From assembly GCF_030028105.1 (NCBI RefSeq), contig NC_092374.1, positions 194,117,345 to 194,181,344 of the forward strand: a stretch of DNA of 64,000 bases. The letters are read 5' to 3'. Of the stretch, positions 12,230 to 25,865 are shown in pieces. A program made the position numbers and the translations under genes. Every line of letters begins with the position of its first letter. The first letter of the stretch is position 1. The notes beneath the pieces were generated by a model. It worked only from the letters and a program-made list of their open reading frames with translations, searched no databases and was not told where the DNA came from. The DNA is from Mobula birostris. Taxonomy: Eukaryota.

Positions 12230-14332
12230 CAAACGAACCCTTTGTATTTTATTTTTTATTGAAGTTCATCATCAAACAAACATTTCCATTAGATGTATTT
12301 CAGGTATTGTACATATATATCATATAATCATATTTGCCATAAATCTGCACATAATATTTATCTGAGGTATACACCTATAGAAAAGTGAGGAAAGAAGGAA
12401 CAAGCAAAAAGAGAAAACTATGTACAAGTAGGGAGTGATCTTTTTTTACAACATATTCATTGATTTGTGAGAATAAAATCAGGCCTATGAGGTGTTATGT
12501 AGTTGAACCATCTTTCCCAGTATGAATCAAATTGTTCCAACTTATGATTAACAGTTTCTGTTATCTTCTCCATTTTGTAAATATCCATTGTAATTTCCAT
12601 CCATACATTTAACGTTGGGCTTTCCTGTGATAACCATGTCCTGGTAAGAGTCTTTTTACCAGTCACCAGCAGTATATTCATTAAATAGTTATCTCTTTTC
12701 AACCATTCTTGAGGTACATACCCAAGATATATGGTCTTACTTTCTAGGGGTATTTCACATTTAAAGATGTTTTGTAGGGCATTGTATATCGGACCCCATC
12801 AGTCTTTTATAACGGGGCAATCCCAGAAAATATGATAATGGTTTGCACTTTGATTTCTAGAATTTCTTCAGCAAATAGGGAGGTTACTACAATATCATAA
12901 TGGGATTTCTGAGAGGATGTAATAAAATATCTTATCAAGTTTTTTCTATCCAAACTCCCTCCATTTCTGTGAACTGGTACACTTGCATTGATACTTCCAT
13001 ATTATTGTCCATTCTTCCTCAGATATAATTATCCCTCCTTTCTTTTCCCATTTTGTTTTAATGTATGAAGTCGAACGTGTTTTAAGATTTGAAAAACCCT
13101 TATACATGCTTGAAATGATTCTACTACAGTTATCTGAATTATATGCTTTTCTAAATAGCTCTATCAAATATTTACTTACATTGGTTACAATTTTAACCCT
13201 CCTATTAACATAATGTTGCATCTGTAGATACTGATAAAAGTCTTGTTTTTCTAAAAAGTGTTTCTCTTTAAGTAATTTAAAACTGAACAGTGTTCCTTCT
13301 TTCATTATATTGCAAAGAACTGTTATTCCTTTAGCTGTCCAGTCCTTAAATCTGGCAACCAGTTTATTAGGCGTAAAATCCGAGTCATATGCACACCATT
13401 TAAGAATTGCAATATCTCCCTCTAGTTTATATTCTTTTACAATAGTTTTCCATATTTTAAGAGTCCATTTCACCCATGGATTATCAATAGTATTTATGTT
13501 CCTTTGTCGGTTATTATCAGCCAAAATTGCTTGTATGGGGATGGGAAGTATTCCCACCTCAATGTTTTTCCACTGAGCATCATATGATGGATTGCACCAA
13601 CATATCACAGCTCTCAACTGTGCTGCAAAATAATAATCTTAAAGAGAAGGTAGGCCCCATCCCCCCTTTTCCTTGTCTAATTGCAAAGTTTTTTGACAAA
13701 CTCTAGGCCATTTACCTTGCCATATATATCTTGATAACATTTTGTTCCATTCATTGAATTGATTCTGATTAATCCCTTTTGGTGGGGTCTGAAAGACATA
13801 TAGTAGCCTGGGCAATATATTCATTTTAATAGATTCAATCCTTGAACTGAGACTAAAAAAAGGGATTAGGTTCCATTTTGTTATATCTTCCTTAATTGTT
13901 TTTATATATAGGCTGATAATAGCATTCTGATAATTTTGACAAATCTTTTGGCATAATGATGCCCAAATATTTGAAAGACTGTTTGCCATGCCCAAGGATA
14001 TCTACTTTCAATTACTCTTGGTGGGCTATAGTTATACAAAAGTAATTGTGTTTCATCTATGTTGATCTTGTATCCTGATAATTGACCATATTGTTCAAAG
14101 GATTGCATCAAATTAGGTAAAGAGTATGTTGGTTGCCCTAGATAAATCGAAATGTCATTCACGTAACAGGCCAATTTATGCTCTGTCCCTTTAATAGTAA
14201 TTACCCTGTTATCTTCATTTTGTCTGATGTATTGTACTAATGGTTCCAGATATAATGCGAAGAGTAGCGGTGACCATGCACAACCCTGTTTCTTGTGTCC
14301 CTTTCTAGGGTAAAACTATTTGATAAATATCC

Positions 14333-15463
14333 CAGCAACACTCACAAAATGCTGGTGAACGCAGCAGACCAGGCAGCATCTATAGGAAGAGGTACAGTCG
14401 TAATTTCGGGCTGGGACCCTTCGTCAGGACTAACTGAAAGAAGAGATAGTAAGAGAGTTGAAATTGAGAAGGAGAGGGGGAGATCCGAAATGATAGGAGA
14501 AGACAGCAGGGGAGGAGTGGATCTAAGAGCTGGACAGTTGATTGGCAAAAGGGATACCAGGCTGGAGAAGGGAGAGGATCATGGGACGGGAAGCCTGGGG
14601 AGAAAGAGGAGGGGAGCTTGGTGGGTAGACAACAGGCAAGGAGTTATAGTGAGAGGGACAGAGAGAGAAAAGAGAGAGACTGAGAAAAAAAGGGGGGGGG
14701 AATAAAAAAACTTTTAAAAATTATTAAATAAACAAATAAGGGAGGAGCATTAACGGAAGTTAGAGAAGTCAATAGTTATGCCATCAGGTTGGAGGCTACC
14801 CAAACGGAATATAAGGTGTTGTTCCTCCAACCTGACTGTATCTTCATCTTGACAGTCTCCTCTACTGTCAAGATGAAGCCACACTCAGGTTGGAGGAACA
14901 ACACCTTATATTCCCTCTGGGTAGCCTCCAACCTGATGGCATGAATATTGACTTCCCTAACTTCCATTAATGATCTTCCTCCCCTTCACACCCCATCCCT
15001 TATTTGTTTATTTATTAATTCTTTATATATATATATATATAAATATATAAAATCCCCCCCCCCCTTTTTTCTCTATCTCTCTTTTTTCTTCCTCTGTCCC
15101 ACTTACTATAACTCCTTGCCTGCTCTCCACGATCCGGGCTCCCCTCCCCATTTCTCTTTCTCCCCAGGCGTCCCATGCCATGATCCTCTCCCTTCTCCAG
15201 CCTGGTATCCCTTTTGCCAATCAACTTTCCAGCTCTTAGATTCACCACCACCCCCTCTCTTCTCCTATCATTTCCGATCTCTCCTCCCCCTCCCACTTTC
15301 AAATCTCTTACTATCTCTTCTTTCAGTTAGTCCTGATGAAGGGTCCTGGCCCGGAACGTCAACTGTTACTTTTCCTATAGATGCTGCTTGGCCTGCTGCG
15401 TTCCAGCATTTTTTGTGTGTGTTGCTTGAATTTCCAGTATCTGCAGTTTTCCTCGTGTCTGCG
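14333..15463. mobile_element. Inverted pair of Penelope-like 3' ends inserted as one unit
   Basis: 14-bp TSD tttgataaatatcc at 14319-14332 and 15464-15477; fold-back junction cttcatcttgacagt-ctcctct-actgtcaagatgaag near 14841-14880; degraded hammerhead motifs at 14395-14436 (-) and 15324-15365 (+). Confidence 0.8.
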
Positions 15464-16295
15464 TTTGATAAATATCCATTGATTTTAATCCCAGCAGTGG
15501 GGTGTCATATAGTGCTTGTATAGTTTTAATAATTGTGTCATGGAAATGAAATCTATGTAAAACTCTGTAATGAAAATTCCAATTAACCGAATGAAATGCC
15601 TCTTCAGCGTCCACGTTTATCACTATTGCTTCGATTTTACTTTTTTTTTTGCATGTGATTCATAATGTGAAGTGTCCTTCGTATATTGTCTTGTGTTTGG
15701 CGTTGTTGTATAAAACCTGTCTGATCCTTATGTATCAGTATGAGTAGAAACCCTCCTAAGTGTTTGGCCATGATGGAGGGAAATAATCTGTAATCTACAT
15801 TAAGAATGGATATTGGTCTAAATGGCCCACATTCCATTTTATCCTTGCTTTCTTTTGGTATAGCTGAGATTATTGCCTCCTTCCAGCTGGGTGGCATTTG
15901 TACCCTTTACAGGAATTAACACATTTTTAATACCTTTGTACCACTCTGCCGACCCATCTGAATCTGGTAACTTGCTTAATTTAAGCCTACTAATTGCGGC
16001 TTTTATTTCAACTTCAGTTATGTCAGCAGTCATCGTTCTATTTTGTTCTTCGCTTAAAGTGGGTAACTCTAGAGAATTCAGGAAAGTGTCAAATTTGATT
16101 ATGCTTCCCCCTGGAACTTTGGAATATAGAGTTTTGTAAAACACTTCAAAAGCTTCTTGAATTTCACTTAGCTTATTTTTTATCATTTTTGTTCTTGAAT
16201 CCCTAATTCTATGAATTGTATTTTTTTGCTTTCTTATTCTTCAGTCTCCACGCCAGTATTTTCATAGACTTAGATGCACTTTCATAATGTCTCTG

Positions 16296-17714
16296 TGTCA
16301 CATAACGTGCTGGGAACAGACCCAAATGCAAGACACAGACACTGAAGTACAAGGAACAGAACTTGACTAGAGTAGGGACGTGATAGGATTCAGGCAAGGA
16401 GCAGCGAGAAGAACGCAGACTTAGGCTAGGGAAAGCGGAACCAGGACGAGGAACCATGGACTAGGAGACAAGGCTTGGGCTCCGAGCCCCAGACTGGACA
16501 AGGACCCATAACCTGGGTCTTGCCTCGAGCTCGTATCCCAGAACCAGGCAAGGACATGACATGGCTTCAGGACAGGACGTGGCTGGGGTCTAGAGGCCAG
16601 AGCTTGGAGACAGGCTGGGGTCTTAGCTCTTGAGGCTTGAGGCTGCGGTCTTGGGTCTTGAGTTTGGCTTAGGATCCTCGAGGCTTGGGTTCTTGAGTCT
16701 TGAGCTTGGCTGTGGGATCCTCGAGGCTTGGGTTCTTGAGTCTTGTGCTTGGATGCGGGATCCTGGAGGCTTGGGTTCTTGTAGCTTGGCTGCGGAATCT
16801 TCGACGCTTGGATCTTGGAGCTTGGCTGCGGGATCTTTGAGGCTTGGATCTTGGAGATTGGCTGCGGGATCTTCGAGGCTTGGATCTTGGAGCTTGGCTG
16901 CGGGATCTTTGTCTTGAAATGCGGAGGCTGATAACTCGGAGGCTGGAGCTGAGAGACCGACTGGGAACTGAACATTAACATAGAGCCGGGACTTGTCCTT
17001 TGAAAAGCCGGGATTCATCGTTAACACGACACCAACATGAGACAGGACAGTACATGGACATAGAGCTGGGACTTATACTTAGACAAGCCAGGACTCAACC
17101 TCTCCACACCAAGGTGGGACTGGTCCACCTGTCGGGTAACGGCAGAACAGCCAGACTTACCCAACAGAGGCAAAGACAAGACAAGACATGGCTCCCCCAC
17201 AGGGCAACGGCAAAACGGCCTGACTTACCCCACGGAGGTGAGGACAAGAAAAGACAAACACCAAAGAACGACAGACAGTTCCATCTCTGCTTCAGGGTAG
17301 CTCCGAGTCTCAGTTCGGACAGCAACCTCAGCTGGCTACGGAATCAGCCGGATCCCTACCTAGCTCGGAGTGGCTGCCAGCCACTCAGCTGGCTCGGGAA
17401 ACAGCCGAATCCATACCGCAAAGAGAGCTCTGACTACTGACAGCAAGGCTCTATGAGGGGATGATTCCCCAACACGGCTTAAAGATGGCAAGTGGTCGCT
17501 CCAGACTTCCACCAGCAGGTTGCTCCCAAGGGATCTTGACAAAACAAACCAGCAGCCCACACTCAATCCCAAGGCCACTTATATTGCAAGCCCAAAGATG
17601 GGAATCAGGTACCTATGATTAACTCAAACAGGGGACAGCTGGAAGACCCGGAGCCCTGAGTCCACAGGCTGGACCGTGAACCAGAATGCGGACTTCACGG
17701 ACCGGACCATAACA
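16296..17714 (-). mobile_element. Solo LTR (Gypsy type) with an internal 36-nt tandem repeat
   Basis: TG..CA ends; 5-bp TSD ctctg; unit gaggcttggatcttggagcttggctgcgggatcttc; termini shared with the elements at 23864 and 29932; strand inferred from the 23864 element. Confidence 0.85.
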
Positions 17715-19083
17715 CTCTGTTTCAGAAGCATTAAATTTTTCCTCATTTCTTGTGTAGCCAAACGATTAATTTCATTCCTAATCATTTTAATTTCCTCTAT
17801 TGTATTCTGTGCCAAATTCAATTTGTGTTTTTTGTCCAGTTCCTTGGGCCTATTTTGTAATTCCTCAGATGTTTTATTCCTTATTTTTTTCTTATATGAA
17901 GATATCGCTATAATTTCTCCTCCTAAGACAGCCTTCAGAGTATCCCACTGAATGGGAGATGAAACCTCTCCATTATCATTGAATTCTAAGTAAAGACCAA
18001 TTTCTTTTTTAATTTGTTCGTTAAAGTAGGGATCATTGAATAGACTTGAATTTAGTTTCCAAATAGTATTCTTTAGTTGTAGGTCAAAATCAACAGATAA
18101 ATATATAGGTGCATGGTCACTTTCATCTATTGTCCCAATTCCACAGGTCTTTGTCTTTTCGAAATGTTATGAAATAGTCTATTCTTGTATATACAGAATG
18201 GGTGGCAGAATAATGAGTGTAATCCCTTCTGTCGGGGAAAAGGTACCTCCATATACCAATTAAATGAACATCCTCAAAAAGTGTATTAACTTTCTTATGT
18301 AAGGATTTTGTTTCATAGGTCTTTCTATTGGAAGAGTCTAACTTTGGTTGTAATTGTAAATTTCAGTCTCCACCACATATCAGGTGACCTTCTGTTTCCA
18401 TTACCATAATATTAGTAATTTTCTGAAAGAAACTAACATACTTCCTGGAGGTGTGTATATATTCAATAGAGTAACTGAATTTCCATCTATTTACCCCCCT
18501 ACCAGAATATATCTGCCCTCCTTATCTCACATTTCGAATACTTTTTCAAAATTTAGCTTGCTTGAGATAAGAATAGCATCTCCTCTCCTATGTCCTGATT
18601 TATACGAGGAGTAAAACAAATTAGTGAAGCCCATTCTCTTTAGTTTTCCATGCTCATTATCACTTTACTGAATTTCCTGTAAATATACTACATGGGTTTG
18701 TTCTTTCTTCATTTTTGATAGAATTTACTGCGTTTGATTGGATTCAACAGCCCATTGTCATTAAAAGAAATGATTTTTACTTTGTCCTTAGCCATGTGTA
18801 TTTATCTGTCAATATATCATTGAAATTAGCAGAATAAAACTTAATCGATCTACTCCCTCAACAAATAAGAACCAATAAATGTGAATAATAAAAAAGGCAA
18901 CGAAGGTGTGATTCTAAGGCTGAGCTCTCCAGTAGATGACCCTGGATTGAGCTAAAGGAAATGTCTAGCCGTGGGGGATAGCCCTTTCTCCCTGTGAGTT
19001 GAGGACCCCCATTATAGTACTCATAAAAGTAAGTGAACAAGTCTATGTCCATTACACAGAAAATATTTCGCTGTGTATTCCTC

Positions 19084-19085
<2 letters not shown>

Positions 19086-19121
<36 letters not shown>
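19086..19121. repeat. (TA)n microsatellite in the L1 inter-ORF spacer
   Basis: Direct reading. Confidence 0.95.
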
Positions 19122-19123
<2 letters not shown>

Positions 19124-20809
19124 TCATTTAGGTGGGGAAAAAGGAGTGAAGGAATGAATAAAAAAAACTAAGTAATATAAAATCCACATTATAATAAATA
19201 TTTCTTGAAATAGGTATAGCACTGTCTATTTTTGCTTCCGTTTATCTCATCATCACTTTTAAAGTTAGCCAAACCTTATGGCTCTTCTGGAGGGCTTGAA
19301 GGCTGTCTTCGGAAAACTCAGTCTCTTTCTGATATTCTCTCGCCCTGCTCCCGTCCCTGCTTTCTCGGTTCTCTTACTATTTCCCAAGCAGATCGGGATA
19401 ACTGCTCAGCCAGGTTTTCCCTTGGTTTGATCACACTGATGGGCAGCCCTCTGTTCCTCATGTCTGTCATCACCTCTTCCACTGTCTGATACAGTTGCAT
19501 ATCATTTTCATAAAACACCCGCAGTTTAGCAGGGTACGGATTTTGGAATCTAATCTTTCCTTGCTTTAATATTCGTCTTACTGCAGAGCATTCTTTATGT
19601 TTCTGCAGGACCGCTGGGGGTTAATCTTGATCGAAATATATTAATTTCCTGTCCAAAAACACCCTCTTCTTACACCAGGCCATTCGTAGAATCTCCGCCT
19701 TGGTATTGTATCAAATGAATCTAATTACTATTGAGCGAGGCTTATCTTCTCTGTCTCCAGTAAGCCTCGGGGCGAGGACATGATGAGCCCTCGTAATTTC
19801 AAGCTCCATAGTGGAGGGAATCTCTAGCGCGTCCCGCAGCAACTTTCCTACAAACTCCATCATAGACAAACCCTCCGCTCCTTCGGGAACATTGTATATC
19901 CTGATATTTTTCTGTCGTGGTCTTCCCTCCTGGTCAATCAGTTTACTTCCTTGCTGATTTAATATTTTTATCGTCTATGAGTACCGGTTCTACGTTTTGC
20001 ACAAGATCTTCCACCTTCTCAATTCGAGTCTCTGCCACCGCTATTTTTTGATTGACATTGGCGAGCTCTGACTTGATACCATTGAGTTGCTGTTTTATAT
20101 CTTTTTGGAATCCCCGTATCTCTTCCAAAATCCTTATCATATTTGCCGCTTCACCTGAATGAGGCCTATCGTCAGCCTCGCTAGCACGCGTTCGGTTAGG
20201 AGAGCAGCGCGTTGCACCTCTCTCGTCCATAGGCCCCGCAGTGATGCTTTTTTTTAAATCTCCATTCTTTTTCCCTATTCTTGCCCCCCTTATCAATTCA
20301 GATATTTTCAAAAGATCTTATAATTTGATGGATTAACGGGGCAATACATGGGTTTTTCCGGAGGATATATTGATTTAAGGTGCCATTCTGAACTATGACG
20401 TCACCGGAACCGCAAATGAACCCTTTGCAAGCTAAATTTCATGGTGCTTATGAGATATATATCTAAAGTTAATAATGTGGACTATGTGGTAAAAACACCA
20501 GATCGACAAAGGTCAACGCAGCTTTGTCATGTAAACATGATAAAACCATACTATGAAAAACAGTCCGCTGCTATGACTGTTGTTGTCAATAACAATGAGT
20601 CTGCCCTCCCTGGGAACTTGGTAGTTGATCCATCCGAGGCTTATTTTAAACGGAACATTATTTCTTCCAGACTAACAAATTCGACAATTTTGCAAAATAT
20701 TGATGACGAATTGGCTCATCTACAGCCACAGCAGTGGCAGCAAATGAAATTTAAAGATTTATTTCCAGAAGTTCCAAAAAGAACCACAGTAGCCTCACAA
20801 GATGTAGAT

Positions 20810-21952
20810 CAGGGGTCCCCAACCTATTTTGCACTGCGGACCGGTTTATTATTGACAATATTCTTGCAGACCGGCTGATCCCGTGGGGCGGGGGGGGATT
20901 GCCAACGGACAAGAGTAGCGGTCAAATACGTTGTGTTTACCCCAAGAGACTACAATGACCATGAAGCCTTGCGCGGGCACCAGTGCGCATGCGTGTACGT
21001 GCCGATTTTTTTGCCCCTACGATTCGTTTTTGGCGATTCTGTGCGGGTGGGGGGGGGGGTTAATCACGGCTGGAATATAGGTCAATTTTGTTTCTAAAAG
21101 GGTTTATATAACGAATTTAATATTAAACACACAGCGCATATTTTCCTCGCATGAATATAGTGATAAGTCAATTATCAGGCGAGGACAGGGTAGCTTGAAG
21201 TAAGTGTTGAACGAACTTCCAGTAGGAGGGGTTGAAGCAGGTTCGATATTATCATTTAAAGAAAAATTGGATAGGTATATGGACAGGAAAGGAATGGAGG
21301 GTTATGGGCTGAGTGCAGGTTGGTAGGAATAGGTAAGAGTAAGAGTTCGGCATGGACTAGAAGGGCAGAGATGCCCTGTTTCTGTGCTGTAATTGTTATA
21401 TGGTTATATAAATCATTTATGTCAATAGCATCATAATATTTTAAGTAACGTTTGGGTATTAAACACACAGCACATATTTTCCCCATATGAACATATAAAA
21501 TCATTGCAACACACCAATATCGCTGAATCAGTGGGAGCCCTGGGCTTCTTTTCCTGCAACAAGACGGTCCTATCGAGGGGTGATGGGAGACAGTGATACT
21601 CGAAGGGGGTTTCTTATGTCCAGTCTATGCCACAATTTAGTTTTCGTTGCATTCATTGCAGAAAACTCTGCTTCGCAGCCATATGATGTTGGAAATGGAA
21701 GTAACGTTTTCAGTGCTTTCATGGCTATCTCAGGATATTGAGCCTTGACTTTGATCCAGAATGCCAGCAGAGATGTTATGTCAAACATACTTTTCAGCCC
21801 GCTGTCATTTGCAAGCTCGAGGAGTTGATCTCCTTCCCGCGCTGACATGAATGACGCGCGGGTAATGACTTCGCGTGCGTAATGGCTCAATAGTGCATGA
21901 CAGGGAATGAGGAAAGGTGCTGCTGACTCATGTCGCCAAACCATATCATTTC
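20810..21952 (-). mobile_element. hAT (Buster/SPIN/Charlie-like) transposon deletion derivative; one TIR remains
   Basis: caggggtccccaacc TIR at 20810; minus ORF LLAFWIKVKAQYPEIAMKALKTLLPFPTSYGCEAEFSAM (hAT dimerisation region); the other TIR is not found. Confidence 0.8.
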
Positions 21953-21954
21953 CT

Positions 21955-23090
21955 TGTAGATGCTGGAAACGCCAAACCCGTAAAGCAACATCCAAATCGA
22001 ATGATCGTGGAAAAATATTCACTTGCTGAACAAGAAATTAAGTATATGTTAGAAAATGATATTATTAGATCTTCTGATTCGGATTGGAGTTCAACTTTTG
22101 TCATGGTGCCGAAACCAGATAGTAGTATTCGGTTTTGTACTGCTTGCAGAAAGGTGAATGCTGTAACAAAAACCAGATGCTTATCTAAACCCTAGGGTAG
22201 ATGATTGTGTGGACAAGGTTGGAAAAGCTAAGTTTCTTACAAAGATTGAGCTGTTAAAAGGGTGTTGGTGCGTTCCATTGATAGATAAATGTAGAGAAAT
22301 TTCTGCATTTGTAATGTTATCTGGGTTATATGAATACAATGTTTTGCCATTTGGAATGAAGAATGCTCCAGGAACCTTCCAGAGAATGATTAATTCTGTA
22401 ATTCAAGGGTTAAAACACACAGATGCCTATATTGATGATTTAGTAATAGGGAATCACACTTGGGAAGCATATATCTCTGCAGTGGAAAAGCTATTTGAAA
22501 GGCTCTCAAAAGCTAACCTCGCCATTAACTTAGCAAAAAGTGAATTTGGTCATGCCACTGTGACCTATCTTGGTTACGTTGTGGGTCAAGGCAGGCTGGC
22601 TCCTGTTCAGGCAATTTTAGAGGTTCCCACTCCAACCGTTAAAAAGGCTCTCAGAAGATTCTCGGGAATGGTAGGATATTACTGTAAGTTCCATAAGAAT
22701 TTGCTGATATTGTTCTCCCATTGACTGACCTCCTGAAGAAGGGTGAAAAGTTTGTTTTCACGGAACCTTGTCAGGAGGCATTTGATAAATTGAAAGCTAT
22801 CTTATGTCACCAACCTGTGCTCAGGTCACACGATTTTGCCAAGCCATTTTCCCGAGCTGTGGATGCCAGTGACGAGGTTGCAGTAGCAATATTACTGCAA
22901 AGGGATACTTATGATGATGTTGACCATTCTGTGCCTTACTTTTCGAGAAATTTAATGGGCATCAAAGAAAGTATTCAACCGTAGAAAAGGAATTATTATC
23001 CCTTATTTTGGCTCAGCAACATTTGTTGTTTATGTTGGCGCAACTCAGAAACCATTTGTGGTTTACACCGATCATAACACATTGGTATAT
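21955..23090 (+). pseudogene. Reverse transcriptase and RNase H of the Gmr1-like element
   Basis: PVKQHP..WSSTFVMVPKPD..RFC; LPFGMKNAPGTFQRM; AYIDDL; AVDASD. Confidence 0.9.
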
Positions 23091-23317
23091 TTGAGTAAAC
23101 TGTCTGTCCAGATGATGAACTTGAAAAATAATGTTTTTTTTTCATTAATGGAGTTGAATTTTGATATTTGTAAACACTCCTGCCATATTTTATATTAGTT
23201 TGTAGGGTGCTCTATGATAACTGTATGTGTATTGGCATTTTGTAAATTTTATACAATTGTATATTTTGTAAATTGTAGTTAAAATTTGCTCCGGATAGAT
23301 CAAAAGTTTCTTTTCTT

Positions 23318-23326
23318 GGGGGGAGG
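23318..23326 (+). promoter_or_regulatory. Polypurine tract before the 3' LTR
   Basis: ggggggagg directly abutting tgttac at 23327. Confidence 0.8.
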
Positions 23327-23863
23327 TGTTACTTGTCAGCATTATCGATTCCCGTGAGTGTCTCATGATTCCCGTGAGTATTCCATGACCTTGTTACCTG
23401 TGAGTGTCACATGATTTCATATCCCACTGGTATAAAAAAAAAGGGACCGCCGATTGTTGGGAGTTGCTTTGTTGGGGAGTTGCAGTCGAACCCAAAGGAC
23501 TGGGGTTAATCATCGGCATTCAGTGCTTTTCGGGTGTGAATGACACTGGGTATAATTCATAGGTGGCGTGCACTTTTGTTAACCCTTACATGGTTTGAGT
23601 GATGTGTCATGACCACTTCAGCAAAAGGTCAGTTACTGTGAGAAAACTCACTCTTTGTAGAAGATACTTCTCGGCTGGGATTGGCGTCAACGTTTTCTTC
23701 GTTTCTTCAAGAATCGCCTCATCGCTGTTTCATGAAGTCTCTCCTCTCACTTATTTCATGAATCACTTGGACTTTTAGACTACCAGTTTAAGACTGTGCT
23801 CGAGTAAGATCTCTTAAGAATTGTCTCTAAGTTCGACTGTTTGATAGCTATAGACGCACAGCA

Positions 23864-25865
23864 TGCCATATGGGCGTAGCTGGGAATGGACCCAAGTGCA
23901 AGAGACAGACACTGAAGGACTAGGGACAGGACTAGGATACAGGCTGAGGGCAAGGACATGGACACGAAAATCAGGAACCTGGAACAGGACTGGACAAGAG
24001 AGCTAGGAGTCCGGGCTTGGACTCAGAGCCAGAGACTGGACAAGGACCCAGTACCTGAGTCATGCCTCTGGCTCAGACCCCAGAACCAGGCAAGGATGAG
24101 GCTTGGCAGGCAGGCAGGACGAGGCTGGAGTCTTCAGGTTTAAGGCTAGAGGCGAGACTTGGCAAGAGGCAGGAGGCTGGAGTCTTCAGGCTTGATGCTA
24201 GAGGCGAGGCTTGGCAGGAGGCAGGAGGCTGCAGTCTTCAGGCTTGCGGCTAGGCAGGCACCTCCTGGGCAGGGCGCGGATCACCACCCGACAGAGGCAA
24301 GGGACAGGAAGGGACAGAACCAACCGCAGGTAATGGCAAGATGGCCTGGCTTACCTGGGAGGAGGCAAGGGACAGGAAGGGAGCTAGGTACAGGGTGGCT
24401 CCAGGACAAGACTGCAGGCGAGAAGAGTTGAGAGTACCAGCAAGACAAAGCAAGGCTTCAGGCAATGTGAGGCGGGATGAGAACTTCAGGCAAGGCGAGA
24501 GTTACCAGCAAGACAAGGCAGGACTACAGGCCAGGAACAAAAGGCAAGAGAAGGGATACAAGGAGTAAGGACAAGAACAATCTAGCAGACACGCCTGGGT
24601 CTCTGAAGGTATTTATGCAGCCAGCCCCAACAGGCATCAGCTGCCTATATTAGTGCTTAACAGGAACAGAAACAGGGTAGACAGGAAAACCTGGAGGAAG
24701 GGTGGATGGACCAGACTGTGAAGCGGAATACGGATTTCACGGAACGGATCATGACAGTAATCCCCCGCCCCCGCCCCCGCCCCCGCCCCCCCCCCTTACT
24801 GGAGTCTCCTTGCGACCAAACAGGGAATCCAGACTATGGACGACCGGGGCGGGTGAGAGGGTATTTAACAGAAAGCAACCCCGGGTGGCAAGAGGAAAAC
24901 GACAGTGTCTGTGTCGCTGGGTCCATGGTTGGCTGGATCGTTCTTTCATACGGGCGTGGCTGGGAACGGACCCAAGTGCAAGACACAGACACTGAAGGAC
25001 TAGGGACAGGACTAGGATACAGGGTGATGGCAAGGACATGGACATGAAAACCAGGAACCTGGAACAGGACTAGACAAGAGAGCTAGGAGCCCGGGCTTGG
25101 ACTCCGAGCCAGAGACTGGACAAGGACCCACTACCTGGGTCTTGCCTCTGGCTCGTACCCCAGAACCAGGCAAGGACGAGGCTTGGCAGGCAGGCAGGAC
25201 GAGGCTGGAGTCTTCAGGCTTGAGGCTAGAGGCGAGACTTGGCAGGAGGCAGGAGACAGGAGGCTGCAGTCTTCGGACTTGAGGTTAGAGGCGAGGCTTG
25301 GCAGGAGGCAGGAGGCTGGAGTCTTCAGGCTTGAGGCTAGGCAGGCTCCTCCTGGGCAAGGTGCGGTACTCCTGGGCAGGGCGTGGATCACCACCCGACA
25401 GAGGCAAGGGACAGGAAGGGACAGAACCAACCGCAGGTAACGGCAAGACGGCCTGGCTTACCTGGGCGGAGGCAAGGGACAGGAAGGGAGCTAGGTACAG
25501 GGTTGCTCCAGGACAAGACTGCAGGCGAGACGAGGCGAGAGCACCAGCAAGACAAGGCAAGGCTTCAGGCAATGCAAGGCGAGACGAGAACTTCAGGCGA
25601 GGCGAGAGTTACCGGCAAGACAAGGCTAGGCTCCAGGCGAGGAAACAGAAGGCAGAGGAAGAGATACAAGGAGCAAGGACAAGAACAATCCAGTAGCCGC
25701 GCCTGGGTCTCTGAAGGTATTTATGCAGCCAGCCCCAACAGGCATCAGCTGCCTTAATTAGTGCTTAACAGGAACAGAAACCGGGCGGACAGGAAAAACC
25801 TAGAGCAAGGGTCGACGGACCGGACCGTGAACCCGAATACGGATTTCACGTACCCGACCATGACA
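23864..25865 (-). mobile_element. Non-autonomous LTR element: two ~0.9-kb LTRs around a 187-nt internal region, inserted in the Gmr1 3' LTR
   Basis: 5-bp TSD cagca; LTRs at 23864-24756 and 24944-25865; on the minus strand a gag-like start ATGGACCCAGCG (24926) and a G-rich PPT next to the second LTR. Confidence 0.8.

Larger units (their letters stand above)
12245..20412 (-). mobile_element. Full-length L1-clade LINE (5'UTR, ORF1, ORF2, A-rich tail), decayed, with two nested insertions
   Basis: 15-bp TSD caaacgaaccctttg (12230-12244) / caaatgaaccctttg (20413-20427); coiled-coil ORF1 at ~20311-19250; ORF2 ATG near 18795 (MAKDKVKIISFN); RT motifs RPISILNVDY and INVDAEEAFHSVNW. Confidence 0.9.

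Noticed and set aside
16421-17027. Long repetitive ORFs (also at 24-25.7 kb and 30.1-31.1 kb)
   Set aside because: They arise from tandem repeats inside LTRs whose unit lengths keep frames open on both strands.
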